From positions 1,488,001-1,552,000 of the forward strand of contig CATNEN010000029.1 of the NCBI GenBank assembly GCA_950097015.1: a stretch of DNA of 64,000 bases, given 5' to 3'. Under the pieces are notes generated by a model that made no database searches, was not told the origin of the DNA, and saw only the letters and a program-made list of their open reading frames with translations. Positions 28,791 to 40,919 of the stretch are shown here, in pieces. Both the position numbers and the translations under genes were made by a program. This DNA is from Macrostomum hystrix (Eukaryota > Animalia > Platyhelminthes). Position 1 is the stretch's first letter, and each line of letters begins with the position of its first letter.

Positions 28791-29354
28791 TAAGTAATTA
28801 AAAACATATGCAAAAAAATAATTGACTAGTACCAAAATGCCTAATACTAAATGCTTATAACCAAAATACATGGCGCCTATTATATTTATTTAGATAGGCC
28901 TAGCTACTTTTTATGGTTCAAAGTCATTTTATTTTAGGAATTATTAGGAAAGCTTTATTTCTTAAAACAATTACTTGTAAAATATACATACTTTTGCTTA
29001 TCTAGTTATCATAAAGAGATATGTTATAATACTACAATTCACTAAAGAAGTTTTCACCTGAGAAACAACTTTTCACAAAAGCAACTGAGGACCTTTTATT
29101 ATTTAGCCTTTTGTACTATATAACATAATTTAGCCAGCTAACTAGTAGAAAATAGATTGAGGGCAACAGCAAGCTAATGAAGTTCTGGACTTTTGGTTAG
29201 CTTACAAACCGAAATTTAATTAACCATTTCCTAATAGGCCTAGCCTAATTTTAGGTTTTCTTCAGAAAAAACATTCAGAAAAGTCTATAGTGCCTAGTCG
29301 CCATAGCCACAGTTGGTTTTCGTTAAACTATATTCTTTAAATTTTACAACTCAC

Positions 29355-29546
29355 CTTGCTCTTCTCAATAGACACATCATCTGTGACAGTGCCTGTGGTT
29401 TCCTCTGTTTCGATGTTATCACCCCTCTCCTTATTGTTATAGGAGCCATCATCCTTAGATTTGCTTTCGGATGTTCCGCTGTCTACATCAAGCTGACTAG
29501 AACCACCTTGATCGAGCTCAATGTCAAACACACCGTTTGCTGCCAT
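29355..29546 (-). CDS. RPS6KB1: S6 kinase (p70 S6K) exon 1 with TOS motif
   Basis: MAANGVFDIEL matches the p70 S6K N-terminus (MAGVFDIDL, raptor-binding TOS motif). Donor AGCAAG|GTGAGT, 192 bp, phase 0. Confidence 0.88.
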
Positions 29547-30879
29547 AATGGAGTGGAACCTGTTAACTTATTTGTAATAATTAAATATAATATGTTTTAC
29601 ATCTGTCCATTTGTTTATCTGCTGAAGCTTTCAATTATACACAAGGTCTATCCGGAACACAGTAATTACTAAAAATATGATTTTTTTCAATAAGAAAGTA
29701 TGATGCAATATTATATGCTTTTCTTTGAAAGTATTTTTTAGTGGATGCAAAAATAAAACAAAAAATTATTTTCATGCCACTTCACGAAAAAGCTGTTTTA
29801 GCTCTACCTTCTTTTCAGTGAAGAAAAAATAGTAACATCATAAGAATATTATATCGACTTTCGTAACTATTTTTGGCACGAAATACTCCGTCGAGGTTCC
29901 AATCAAAACAATGGTAAGAACAAAATTACCAATGCTCTAATAATTTTATGGTAAGGTTATCAAATAAGCCTGAATAAATCTTCGTAGCAAATGAGCTTCG
30001 ATGCACTGCGAAGGAAAGATTTAAAAAATCCAAAAAAGTTTGACCTTGGTGTAAAATTATTTACGAATTATATACCCCCACATCACGTACGAATTAAAAA
30101 TAATTTAGCACAGCACAACGTATGTATGTATATCAAGGACAACTAGGAATATATTAGCTAGACTGGTCCTTGATGCATATGTACTGCATGATATTCTACA
30201 GGTGATAGTGGATGCTCAAGTGCGATCCATTTCATTGTGGCTGGATTAGTGAATAATCTCTCTCCAGTTGCGCCGCGATGCCGATCTGAGCAGCTGCTAT
30301 ATGCACCTTTAGGGTTTCCGATGGAGCTGACAGAAAAAGACAGGCCTACCTAGGGTGCAACTATTAAAGCTATTGTTATACGAAGGCTTGATTGTGTACA
30401 CCAAAAGCAGAAAAAGGCATGTCGGCCTTCCAATTCATGCAAGTTTTGCTAGCATTGGGGTGGTTAGTGGGGCTTCTCACAATCGTCACCCCCATTGATT
30501 TCTGTTTGGGCGATGATTACGTAACTCATCTGTGCATACACACACGGAGCAACCAGCATGCGAAGCTAATATATAAACTTAGGTTGTCAATATATAGGAC
30601 TTGAAAAAGACAAGCTATTTAAAGATTCGTCAGTTGCATATTTGCTAAAGGACCGCAAAGACTGGCCGAGACAGATGCGGATAGAAGCTATAGGAGTTCC
30701 TCGAGGTTCAAGAGCTTGTGCATACAGCTATTATAGAGGTGGCAGCTAATATTGTTTGTCTGCCTGCGTGTGGCCCATCCTATTAAAATCCACTTTGCAG
30801 TATTCACTGAGCCTATTGTATATTATCATATACCTCAATGACTGAGACGTGTCTAGTATAGCCGATAGAATAGAAATTT

Positions 30880-31113
30880 CAACTATAGCTCAGTTGGGCC
30901 AGGTGTACAGCCAGTGGCACAGGCGCAGCTATTGCGTGGCGATTCCTAAGGCCGTGTACAGGTGTTCAGTCCATGGACTTGGAAGGGCTTCTAATAATGC
31001 TTCTGCATTTAATTTTTTAATTTACCGCTGCATGGGTGAGATACAAATTTTCTCTCTAAGACTGAGATTCGAACCCCGATCTCCCAGTCAAAAGCTATAA
31101 CCACTAAGCTGCA
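30880..31113 (-). mobile_element. SINE family A, diverged copy
   Basis: GTTCAGTCCATGGACT core, GCAGCTATTGCGTGG segment, and minus-strand A/B boxes (GCAGCTTAGTGG, GGGGTTCGAATC). Confidence 0.7.
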
Positions 31114-31898
31114 AGCTCTCCAGCATAGTGTGACACTGAGACAGAATCTAATGAATGCTCCAATGCTCAGCATGCAAATTTGCGCATGCATCGGCGCCAC
31201 TTGATGCGTTTGATGAACACTTGGGGGTGTCTTTATGGGGCCCCTGAGGAGAAGAAATCAGGAGTAGGAGAACGGTTCTTATCTCCCTTGGCCATGGTCT
31301 GTTTAGTATCTACCCCGGTTCTCATCCGCCTAGCATGGCCATCCTTGGTATATAACAGAGTCCCAACTTTTCAGCGCTTTATGCTAATTCATTGCGCTTG
31401 CCTGCATGCACAATCAGGAATCGGACTTGGTTGGGTTGGGATTGATTCACTCACTACTTATATAAGAAGGATAGTTTCTTAACTAGACTTGATTTACAAC
31501 ACTTCCTTACTTGCGCATGCGTGGCCTAAACTAACAAAGTCACTGCGGCACTGCATTTTTAGTCCCGTCAAATTGCTAAACCTGATGAACAACAGTGATA
31601 ATAGCTCTTTCATTGTATAGAAATTTATCTTGGCTTAGAGCAAAGCAGATCGAATGAATCCTTGACTAGCTTTAGCTCTACCAACCCAGTTAGTTTATCT
31701 GCCTCCATAATCTCTCGGCTGAACACTGGCGTTGAGCTACTGGTATACCTTTCCTTGTTATTTTAGTTCCTATTTTAGTTTCAGTGGCTGCTAGTTCCCA
31801 ATGAGAATGTCTACTCTCTAATATCTAGAAAGTGGGGATTATCGATAAAATCATTTATTGAACAATGGCTTCTTCAATGCTATCAGGGTGGCGAGAGA

Positions 31899-33377
31899 AG
31901 GGTGGCGAGAGGAGGGTGGCGAGATTAGTGTGGCGAGAGGAGGGTGGCGAGATTAGGGTGGCGAGAGGAGGGTGGCAAGAGGAGGGTGGCGAGAGGAGGG
32001 TGGCGAGAGGAGGGTGACGAGAGGAGAGGGTGGTGAGAGGAGAGAGTGACGAGAGGAGAGAGTGGTGAGAGGAGAGAGTGGTGAGAGGAGAGAGTGGCGA
32101 GAGGAGAGAGTGACGAGAGGAGAGAGTGGTGAGAGGAGAGAGTGGCGAGAGGAGAGAGTGGCGAGAGGAGAGAGTGGCGAGAGGAGAGAGTGACGAGAGG
32201 AGAGAGTGGCGAGAGGAGAGAGTGACGAGAGGAGAGAGTGGTGAGAGGAGAGAGTGACGAGAGGAGAGAGTGGTGAGAGGAGAGAGTGGTGAGAGGAGAG
32301 AGTGGCGAGAGGAGAGAGTGGTGAGAGGAGAGAGTGACGAGAGGAGAGAGTGGTGAGAGGAGAGAGTGACGAGAGGAGAGAGTGGTGAGAGGAGAGAGTG
32401 ACGAGAGGAGAGAGTGGCGAGAGGAGAGAGTGGTGAGAGGAGAGAGTGGCGAGAGGAGAGAGTGGCGAGAGGAGAGAGTGGCGAGAGGAGAGAGTGACGA
32501 GAGGAGAGAGTGGCGAGAGGAGAGAGTGACGAGAGGAGAGAGTGGTGAGAGGAGAGAGTGACGAGAGGAGAGAGTGGTGAGAGGAGAGAGTGGTGAGAGG
32601 AGAGAGTGGCGAGAGGAGAGAGTGGCGAGAGGAGAGAGTGACGAGAGGAGAGAGTGACGAGAGGAGAGAGTGGCGAGAGGAGAGAGTGACGAGAGGAGAG
32701 AGTGGTGAGAGGAGAGAGTGGCGAGAGGAGAGAGTGACGAGAGGAGAGAGTGGCGAGAGGAGAGAGTGACGAGAGGAGAGAGTGGCGAGAGGAGAGAGTG
32801 GTGAGAGGAGAGAGTGGCGAGAGGAGAGAGTGACGAGAGGAGAGAGTGGTGAGAGGAGAGAGTGACGAGAGGAGAGAGTGGTGAGAGGAGAGAGTGACGA
32901 GAGGAAAGAGTGGTGAGAGGAGAGAGTGACGAGAGGAGAGAGTGGTGAGAGGAGAGAGTGACGAGAGGAGAGAGTGGCGAGAGGAGAGAGTGACGAGAGG
33001 AGAGAGTGACGAGAGGAGAGAGTGGCGAGAGGAGAGAGTGACGAGAGGAGAGAGTGGTGAGAGGAGAGAGTGGCGAGAGGAGAGAGTGACGAGAGGAGAG
33101 AGTGGCGAGAGGAGAGAGTGACGAGAGGAGAGAGTGGCGAGAGGAGAGAGTGGTGAGAGGAGAGAGTGGCGAGAGGAGAGAGTGGTGAGAGGAGAGAGTG
33201 GCGAGAGGAGAGAGTGGCGAGAGGAGAGAGTGAAGAGAGGAGAGAGGGGTGAGAGGAGAGAGTGGTGAGAGGCGGGTGACGAGAGGAGGGTGGCGAGAGG
33301 AGAGAGTGGCGAGAGGAGAGAGTGGCGAGAGGAGAGAGTGGTGAGAGGAGAGAGTGGCGAGAGGAGAGAGTGACGAG
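31899..33377. repeat. 16-bp polypurine minisatellite (GAGAGGAGAGAGTGRY)n, about 90 copies
   Basis: Tandem units visible; source of the 513-aa S/L/P/H ORF. Confidence 0.97.
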
Positions 33378-34216
33378 ACGATAGACAGAAAGCAGTTGCT
33401 GAAAGCCAGAGAAGCGGACTAATAAAGAATGTTCAGTCACCCAAAAATCAATGCCGACCTTTCGTCCTATATTTTTCTTCCTCCCTTGTCCCACATCTCT
33501 CTGTCACTGCTCTCTGTTCTCGGTATCTGGCAGATTGGTCAGTGCTATAAGTTCGTGTAAGGGTTGTTTGCTCACAGCTATGGCTGTGCTCCCATCGACA
33601 CAGCCAAGTTGGCCATTGCAGTGGAGGCATCTTCCCATCTTCAAGTTGCAGAATTTGCATATACAAGGAGGTTGGGGAGTTGCTTGCGCTTCGTGAAGCG
33701 GAAACTGATGCTCAGTTAATGAAGCTGGCTTCGACCTTTGTGGTCGCTATGTGCCGCAGAGCAGAACTGACAAGCAGCAATTGCGGGACCGCAGTTACAC
33801 TGTTTGCACTTCCTGCAGACTCCTGTCATCGCTTGTCTCTCTCTGCAGCTCTGGTACCGTATAGTTTTTTCATTTTTTGTTCAATCGATAAATCGTTTCG
33901 ATCGATGCTCTGCATGCCGAATTGAAAACCGCCGGATCACATGAATTGTCAGGGGAGGTGCGAGTTATCGAGAACTAGCGAAGACATGGACAGAGTCGGA
34001 TAGGAAAAGAGGATTGTTGATGTGAGATACTTGACTCCTCATTGCCATTTCTTCAAAGTCTAACTTTTTTCCTGAAATTTATCCCCTCCGATGAAATTCA
34101 TTCATTCATTGGACAAAATTATAATATAATGCTTTTTTTCTACACACATTTTCCCGCGTTGTCTTCCAACTTTTTCCTGGTCGTCAGAAAGGAAAACTCT
34201 TTTTTCTTGGTCTTAA

Positions 34217-35140
34217 GAATGGACCATCTCGTCTTAAAACTGGTCCTCAGACTGGACCATCTCGTCTTAAAACTGGTCCTCAGATTGGACCATCTCGTCT
34301 TCAAACTGGTCCTCAGACTGGACCATCTCGTCTTCAAACTGGTCCTCAGATTGGACCATCTCGTCTTCAAACTGGTCCTCAGACTGGACCATCTCGTCTT
34401 AAAACTGGTCCTCAGACTGGACCATCTCGTCTTAAAACTGGTCCTCAGATTGGACCATCTCGTCTTAAAACTGGTCCTCAGACTGGACCATCTCGTCTTC
34501 AAACTGCTCTCAGACTGGACCATCTCGTCTTCAAACTGCTCTCAGATTGGACCATCTCGTCTTTAAACTGCTCTCAGACTGGACCATCTCGTCTTTAAAC
34601 TGGTCCTCAGACTGGACCATGTCGTCTTCAAACTGGTCCTCAGATTGGACCATCTCGTCTTCAAACTGCTCTCAGACTGGACCATCTCGTCTTTAAACTG
34701 GTCCTCAGATTGGACCATCTCGTCTTAAAACTGGTCCTCAGATTGGACCATCTCGTTTTCAAACTGGTCCTCAGATTGGACCATCTCGTTTTCAAACTGG
34801 TCCTCAGACTGGACCATCTCGTCTTAAAACTGGTCCTCAGACTGGACCATCTCATCTTTAAACTGGTCCTCAGAGTGGACCATCTCGTCTTTAAACTGGT
34901 CCTCAGACTGGACCATCTCGTCTTTAAACTGGTCCTCAGATTGGACCATCTCGTTTTCAAACTGGTCCTCAGATTGGACCATCTCGTTTTCAAACTGGTC
35001 CTCAGATTGGACCATGCATCTCGTCTTCAAACTGGTCCTCAGATTGGACCATCTCGTTTTCAAACTGGTCCTCAGACTGGACCATGTCGTCTTCAAACTG
35101 GTCCTCAGACTGGACCATCTCGTCTTTAAACTGGTCCTCA
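34217..35140. repeat. 33-bp minisatellite (TGGACCATCTCGTCTTHAAACTGGTCCTCAGAY)n, about 28 copies
   Basis: Tandem units visible; 11-aa periodic ORFs on both strands. Confidence 0.95.
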
Positions 35141-36329
35141 GAGAGTATAAATTCCATCGGATTATAGAACAAATGATTTAAGATATGAAGCTCCATCTGC
35201 CATCCGATGAAAAATAAACATTTCACTTCATTTCAACTTGAGTTTGAATATCTCTCTTCCTATGCATAACCAATATCCTCTATCCTCACAGCCAAACTAG
35301 CCTTTCGCATTCTTAAATCCCAATTCTTAGCTTAACCGTTCGTAGCTGCCATTCGTCGGGCCATTCCAGATCCGTGGACGGCCTGCGAATCCTTTGATCC
35401 CAATATCTCTCTAAATCCCATATAGACTCTTGAATCCCCTTTTTCTCGCAAAGTCGTGCCCTGCAACAGGAAGGACTTGCAGCAGGAAATACGAATGGAT
35501 CCGGGAGAGATAGGTCTGGGAATTTATTCGCGGTTGGGTTGGTGTTTGGTTGGGGTGGATTTCACTTCAACGGCGAAGGGAGATTTCGACGGATGGGGGG
35601 ACTGGCGCGGGAGAGTGGAGAGCTTATCTGTGCAACGGCCCGGACACCTGGGGGCCGTGCAGACTGGAGGGAGGGTGGAGGTCGTTCATCAACTCGGCAT
35701 TTTTTAGCGTTGCAATCCGAGCACACACTGAATTTGAACTGAAATTACTTGGCGAAGTTCTGCTAGGCGACGCCTATAAACCGTGAGCAAACAGCCGAGC
35801 TGTGAAACCCAGCGAGCCGCCAGCCTTCGCATGAGTAGAGGGTGTGATCGTACTCATATTATACCTGTCCGACTCGGTCGCTCTGCTGCAGGAAAGAAAT
35901 TGCAGCTAGTCTTGAAAGCAAACAGAAAAAAAACGGAGCACCATCGTTAGTTGTGACGAAATTAAGATTAGAAATTCATACACTGCAGCCTATTGCACAT
36001 TGTTATTGATAGAAATCGAAACAATTGATGAAGCAATAGAGAGAAAGAGAACTGCTCAAGAGAGAAGTGTTAACTAAAAGCAAACGCATTCGTATGTTTA
36101 TTTTAATTATAAACGTCGCCGCTTTACTGATGTTTTGTCACGATATAAAACAGGCACGGGCTCTTAGGGCCTAAGTTTAGCTGCCGAAAAATGGCAGCAA
36201 AATGGAGAGAATGAGTATAAAACAGCAGCGGTGCCTGAGTAGAGCATGGTTGATGGACACCGCTTGAGCAAATATTTGACTTTTGAATGGGCTGGTCCAG
36301 GGAGCCTTTAGCCTCTGCGCTAGCACGAC

Positions 36330-36330
<1 letters not shown>

Positions 36331-36360
<30 letters not shown>
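36331..36360. repeat. (CAG)9CAA microsatellite
   Basis: Direct reading; no coding context found. Confidence 0.9.
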
Positions 36361-36734
36361 AGTTTTCTCCGCGCAAAGCACACATACACTGAGAGGCGGG
36401 CTAGTGAAGAATGAGTCGTCAGTGGGAAATGACTAAATGAGCAACCATGGCGGCACAGCTGGGTTGGGCGGAGCTAAGCAAAGTCTGCAGCCAACTGCAC
36501 ACGGAACTTTGCTGAAGCACGGAGCTTAAACATCATTGAGTGCCAGTGGCCTGGCCTTGTCTGAAAAGGAAATTGGAGTATACTTAATGCTTGGAATCTG
36601 AGAAGAAAGTCAATGGGGAGTGAATGAGAGAGGGGTGTGGGGCAGGACACTGCGGAGCAATCATTTACGAATGAAGGCTGTGTAGGGTTCTAGAATGATC
36701 GTTCGGTGATATTACGGGATTTTTTGGACCACCG

Positions 36735-37290
36735 AGGGATTTTTCAAGATTGCACAAGGATTATGGGGGATCTCAAAGGGATTTTTCAAGATTGCACAAG
36801 GATTATGGGGGATCTCAATAAAGGAATATTTAGGAATCGCAGATGGATCATTGGGGATCGAGGAGGGATTGTTTGGGATTGAGGTGGGATTTTTTGGGGA
36901 TCGAGGAGGGATTGTTGGGGATCGAGGAAGGATTGTTGGGGATCGAGGAGGGATTGTTGGGGATCAAGGAGGGATTGCTGGGGATCGAGGAGGGATTGTT
37001 GGGGATCGAGGAGGGATTGTTGGGGATCGAGGAGGGATTGTTGGGGATCGAGGAGGGATTGTTGGGGATCGAGGAGGGATTGTTGGGGATCGAGGAGGGA
37101 TTGTTGGGGATCGAGGAGGGATTGTTGGGGATCGAGGAGGGATTGTTGGGGATCGAGGAGGGATTGTTGGGGATCGAGGAGGGATTGTTGGGGATCAAGG
37201 AGGGATTGTTGGGGATCAAGGAGGGATTGTTGGGGATCGAGGAGGGATTTTTTGGGGATTAGAGGAGGGATTTTTTGGGGATTAGAGGAG
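36735..37290. repeat. 21-bp G-rich minisatellite (GGGGATCGAGGAGGGATTGTT)n, about 20 copies (36860-37290), preceded by an approximately 42-bp tandem duplication (36737-36818)
   Basis: Tandem units visible; 7-aa periodic ORFs on both strands. Confidence 0.95.
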
Positions 37291-38524
37291 GGATTGTCGA
37301 GCATTGAAGAGAGATTTTCTAAGATCCAGGAAGGATTTTCGGGAATCTCTGGGGGAGTTTTGGTGATTGAGTAGGGATTGATGTAAATAGCGCTGTGAGT
37401 GTGTTCGAAGATCCACAAGCCATCCGTTATTTCTCTATGATTTGCATTGACTCAAAGTCTGTAGAATGATTGTCAGCTGGTAAATGAAAGGTAAAGTATC
37501 TCTCCCGTTTCCCCTATTCATAAACCGAGTCCAGCAATGGACTATAGCTAACAATGGACAGGCAAATGAGCAATGAGGAAGTTCGCTTCTCGTGAAAGTA
37601 TGATCGAGTTTTAGTTTGCACGCCAATTTGTTATTCGTTTATTAGTCCGGGGGAAAATGCAACCGAAAAATGGCGACCCCCGTTAAACCCGTTGGGGCCA
37701 GAATTGCTTTGAGCTTGAGATGAGAGGGGGTGGGAGAGCAGGGCAGAAAATGTGAGCTAGTTTGAGAGTATAGACTAACGGGTTTCTCCAGTGCAGCGCA
37801 GGGGCGAGAGGCCACCTGTTAACCCCAGAAGTGGCACTTGTCCTTCCCCCCCCAGTCCCTAATAGTGACGCGAAGGAAAAAATCATGGGAATTGAGTTTG
37901 CTGCCACCAGGGCAAGAGTGGGGGAGCTGAAAATTCAATTCCTCCAACTGCTCAGCCGCTGCCGAAATCTCCTGCTGTCCCAACAGCGGGAAGTCTCCGT
38001 GTTATTTTTTTCCCCTGCAGTTTGGAGCCCGCGCTTTTGGCTCCCGTCTCGAGTCGTCAATCGGGAACTAGTCCCCCCGGGCCCCTCGAGGATAATGAAG
38101 TTACGCCGGTGTGGGAATTTCAGAAGCTGCGGTCTTGTCAACCCGAACTCAACAGCGGAGCTTCTCAGCTAGAGTGGGGAGAGATCTCAAAGAGAGAAGT
38201 TTTTTTTAGATTCAAATTTGACAGAGAGTTGGTAGCGGCACGTGCGGCGGCGACTCTCCACTGCGAGTTGGGCCTTTTTTTAAAGCCGATGCTGCTTCGA
38301 CAAGTTGCTCATTGATTATTGTCTTGCGTCTCATCGATTGTAACGGAGGCTGAAAAATTCCGCATAATTGTTAAGCAAACTGATTTCATAGAATCTAGAG
38401 TTCCATTGGCACGCGAACTTATTAAATTTGTGGGGGTGAAAAAATAGTCCGAAATTCGACAGCCGGAGACAGATGACAGAAAAGAAACGAGACTCTAAGA
38501 AAAAACACATCGGAGAAATGGGCA

Positions 38525-39105
38525 GGGGACAGATGGGATGGGGAGAGATGAGACAGGAGAGAGATGAGACAGGAGAGAGATGAGACAGGGGAGAGATGAG
38601 ACAGGAGAGAGATGAGACAGGGGAGAGATGAGACAGGAGAGAGATGAGACAGGGGAGAGATGAGACAGGAGAGATATGAGACAGGAGAGAGATGAGACAG
38701 GGGAGAGATGAGACAGGAGAGAGATGAGACAGGGGAGAGATGAGACAGGAGAGAGATGAGACAGGGGAGAGATGAGACAGGAGAGAGATGAGACAGGGGA
38801 GAGATGAGACAGGAGAGAGATGAGACAGGAGAGAGATGAGACGGGAGAGATGAGACAGGGGAGAGATGAGACAGGGAAGAGATGAGACAAGGGAGAGATG
38901 AGACAGGGGAGAGATGAGACAGGGGAGAGATGAGACAGGGGAGAGATCAGACAGGGGAGAGATGAGACGGGAGAGATCAGACAGGAGAGAGATGAGACGG
39001 GAGAGATGAGACAGGGGAGAGATGAGACAGGGGAGAGATGAGACAGGGGAGAGATGAGACAGGGGAGAGATGAGACACGGGAGAGATGAGACAGGAGAGA
39101 GATGA
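38525..39105. repeat. 16-bp purine-rich minisatellite (GAGATGAGACAGGRGA)n, about 36 copies
   Basis: Tandem units visible. Confidence 0.95.
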
Positions 39106-39805
39106 GACAGGAAGATAGGAGACAGGTGAGAAATGAGACCGGGGTGTGTTGATACTGGGAAGAGAAGAGACAGAGGTGAGATGAGATGGGATAAGTTGAG
39201 ATGAGTTGGGAACATTGCAAGACAGAATATGATATTGTTGCAACCCTAATAATAGTACGGAATGCATTTGTTGGAATAACTATTTTTAAGTCTAAAAAGG
39301 TCTTTGTTGAGTAAAAGATGACTAATTCTTCTTGCAATTAGACGTCTCCAAATGAAATCAACTCGCTCTTAGTTTCAATAGTCGGGCATGGAAGCTCAGC
39401 GGACCCCGGACATTGAGTCGTTCATCCTTCAACAATAGGCCCTTCAAAAAAATAGAGCTGCTTATTAAAAAAAAATAATTCTGAACAATGATCTAGACGA
39501 TTGCTAGAAGTTCTTGAAACTGGCGGCGCGCGTGCCAATCACCGAATGCCTCCGAGTGGCGCCTCCCGCCCATTCAGACCGGCCTCTTTATCCCGAATTC
39601 GAACTTTTGAATTGCACCAGGTTCTGTCTGGCTAATGACCCATTCTCCAAAATCTCCAAATGGATTTTTTCAACCGGGCCGGGAATTTTTCATTCTCGTT
39701 ATTCTACTTTTGGCTCCTGGCCAGCTTCTAATACCAGTTCAAGATATCGGATCCTGAAGCAAACTTATTGCAGAAGGAGTACTAGTGAAAGCTGTAAGCA
39801 TGGGA

Positions 39806-40086
39806 AGTTGTGAGCTTGTGAAGTTGTGAGCTTGTGAAGTTGTGAGCTTGTGAAGTTGTGAGCTTGTGAAGTTGTGAGCTTGTGAAGTTGTGAGCTTGTG
39901 AAGTTGTGAGCTTGTGAAGTTGTGAGCTTGTGAAGTTGTGAGCTTGTGAAGTTGTGAGCTTGTGAAGTTGTGAGCTTGTGAAGTTGTGAGCTTGTGAAGT
40001 TGTGAGCTTGTGAAGTTGTGAGCTTGTGAAGTTGTGAGCTTGTGAAATTGTGAGCTTGTGAAGTTGTGAGCTTGTGAAGTTGTGAA
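39806..40086. repeat. 16-bp near-perfect minisatellite (TGTGAGCTTGTGAAGT)n, about 17 copies
   Basis: Tandem units visible, one variant unit. The same motif occurs degenerately at 1-75. Confidence 0.97.
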
Positions 40087-40919
40087 CCTTCTAATTGCCA
40101 TTATTGTGTTTTACTGTACATTGCACATACACTGTTGCATTGACAAAGAGACTAAGACAAAGACTACTGTGTGATCTAATGTTATGTCTATCTAAAATAG
40201 TTTATTTCAGGTGTCTCATTTTCTGAAAGATATAATTAACGCATTGAAATGTTAAAATTCAACGGTGCAAACAAAGATTTCTGTTTTCGAGTGGGGTCCG
40301 GCATGTAAAATGGGATGCAGATTGGAGTCTAAATGCGATCAGGGATAAAAAAAACTGAATGCAAATGCACGATGTCACTGTTTACACCTGACTTAAAAAA
40401 TTCCCTATATATATATATAATGGGCGAATAGCCAGTAGCTTACGACCAATGATCGCGATTTTTCCCACGGGATTTCATGCGCTAATCTCGCCTAAATGTA
40501 AATAGTCATATTATTATTAGATATAAAACTACATTACTGAGTAAAAGCTGGACAACGCTGAAAGGTTTTTACTGAATAAGTCAGGGGGTATATTGTATAT
40601 CACATTATAGATGGACAACTGATATATGCCCAGCTGTAGGAACGGTAACCCGACCGAACGAAGGCACTTGACTGTCGGACAGCGAGATCAGGTCGAATTT
40701 TCTGAAGAGCCTTTCTGCCAGAATGTTTTTCCCTCGAATTCTTTTTCGACTGCTTCGGCCAAAAGAGTAGGACAGAAATAAAATGTTTTCTACTGAAGTG
40801 CGGGTTCTAAAAGCTTGCACAATAATGCATGAAATCTGACTGGAACACACCTGTTCAACCTGTTCTAGATGTGCTTGATCGAAAAAATTCTGAAGCTTAC
40901 GAAAATTAAAACACTTATT

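Noticed and set aside
35780-35905. Minus-strand exon-like segment with a strong acceptor (TTCTTTCCTGCAG) and a GTAATT donor
   Set aside because: All three frames contain stops and no recognisable protein. A non-coding exon cannot be supported without RNA data.
31953-39337. Long S/L/P/H-, G/I/E- and LVLRLDH-repeat ORFs
   Set aside because: Periodicity equals the DNA unit length, the frames lack G/A stop combinations by composition, and there are no unique flanking domains.
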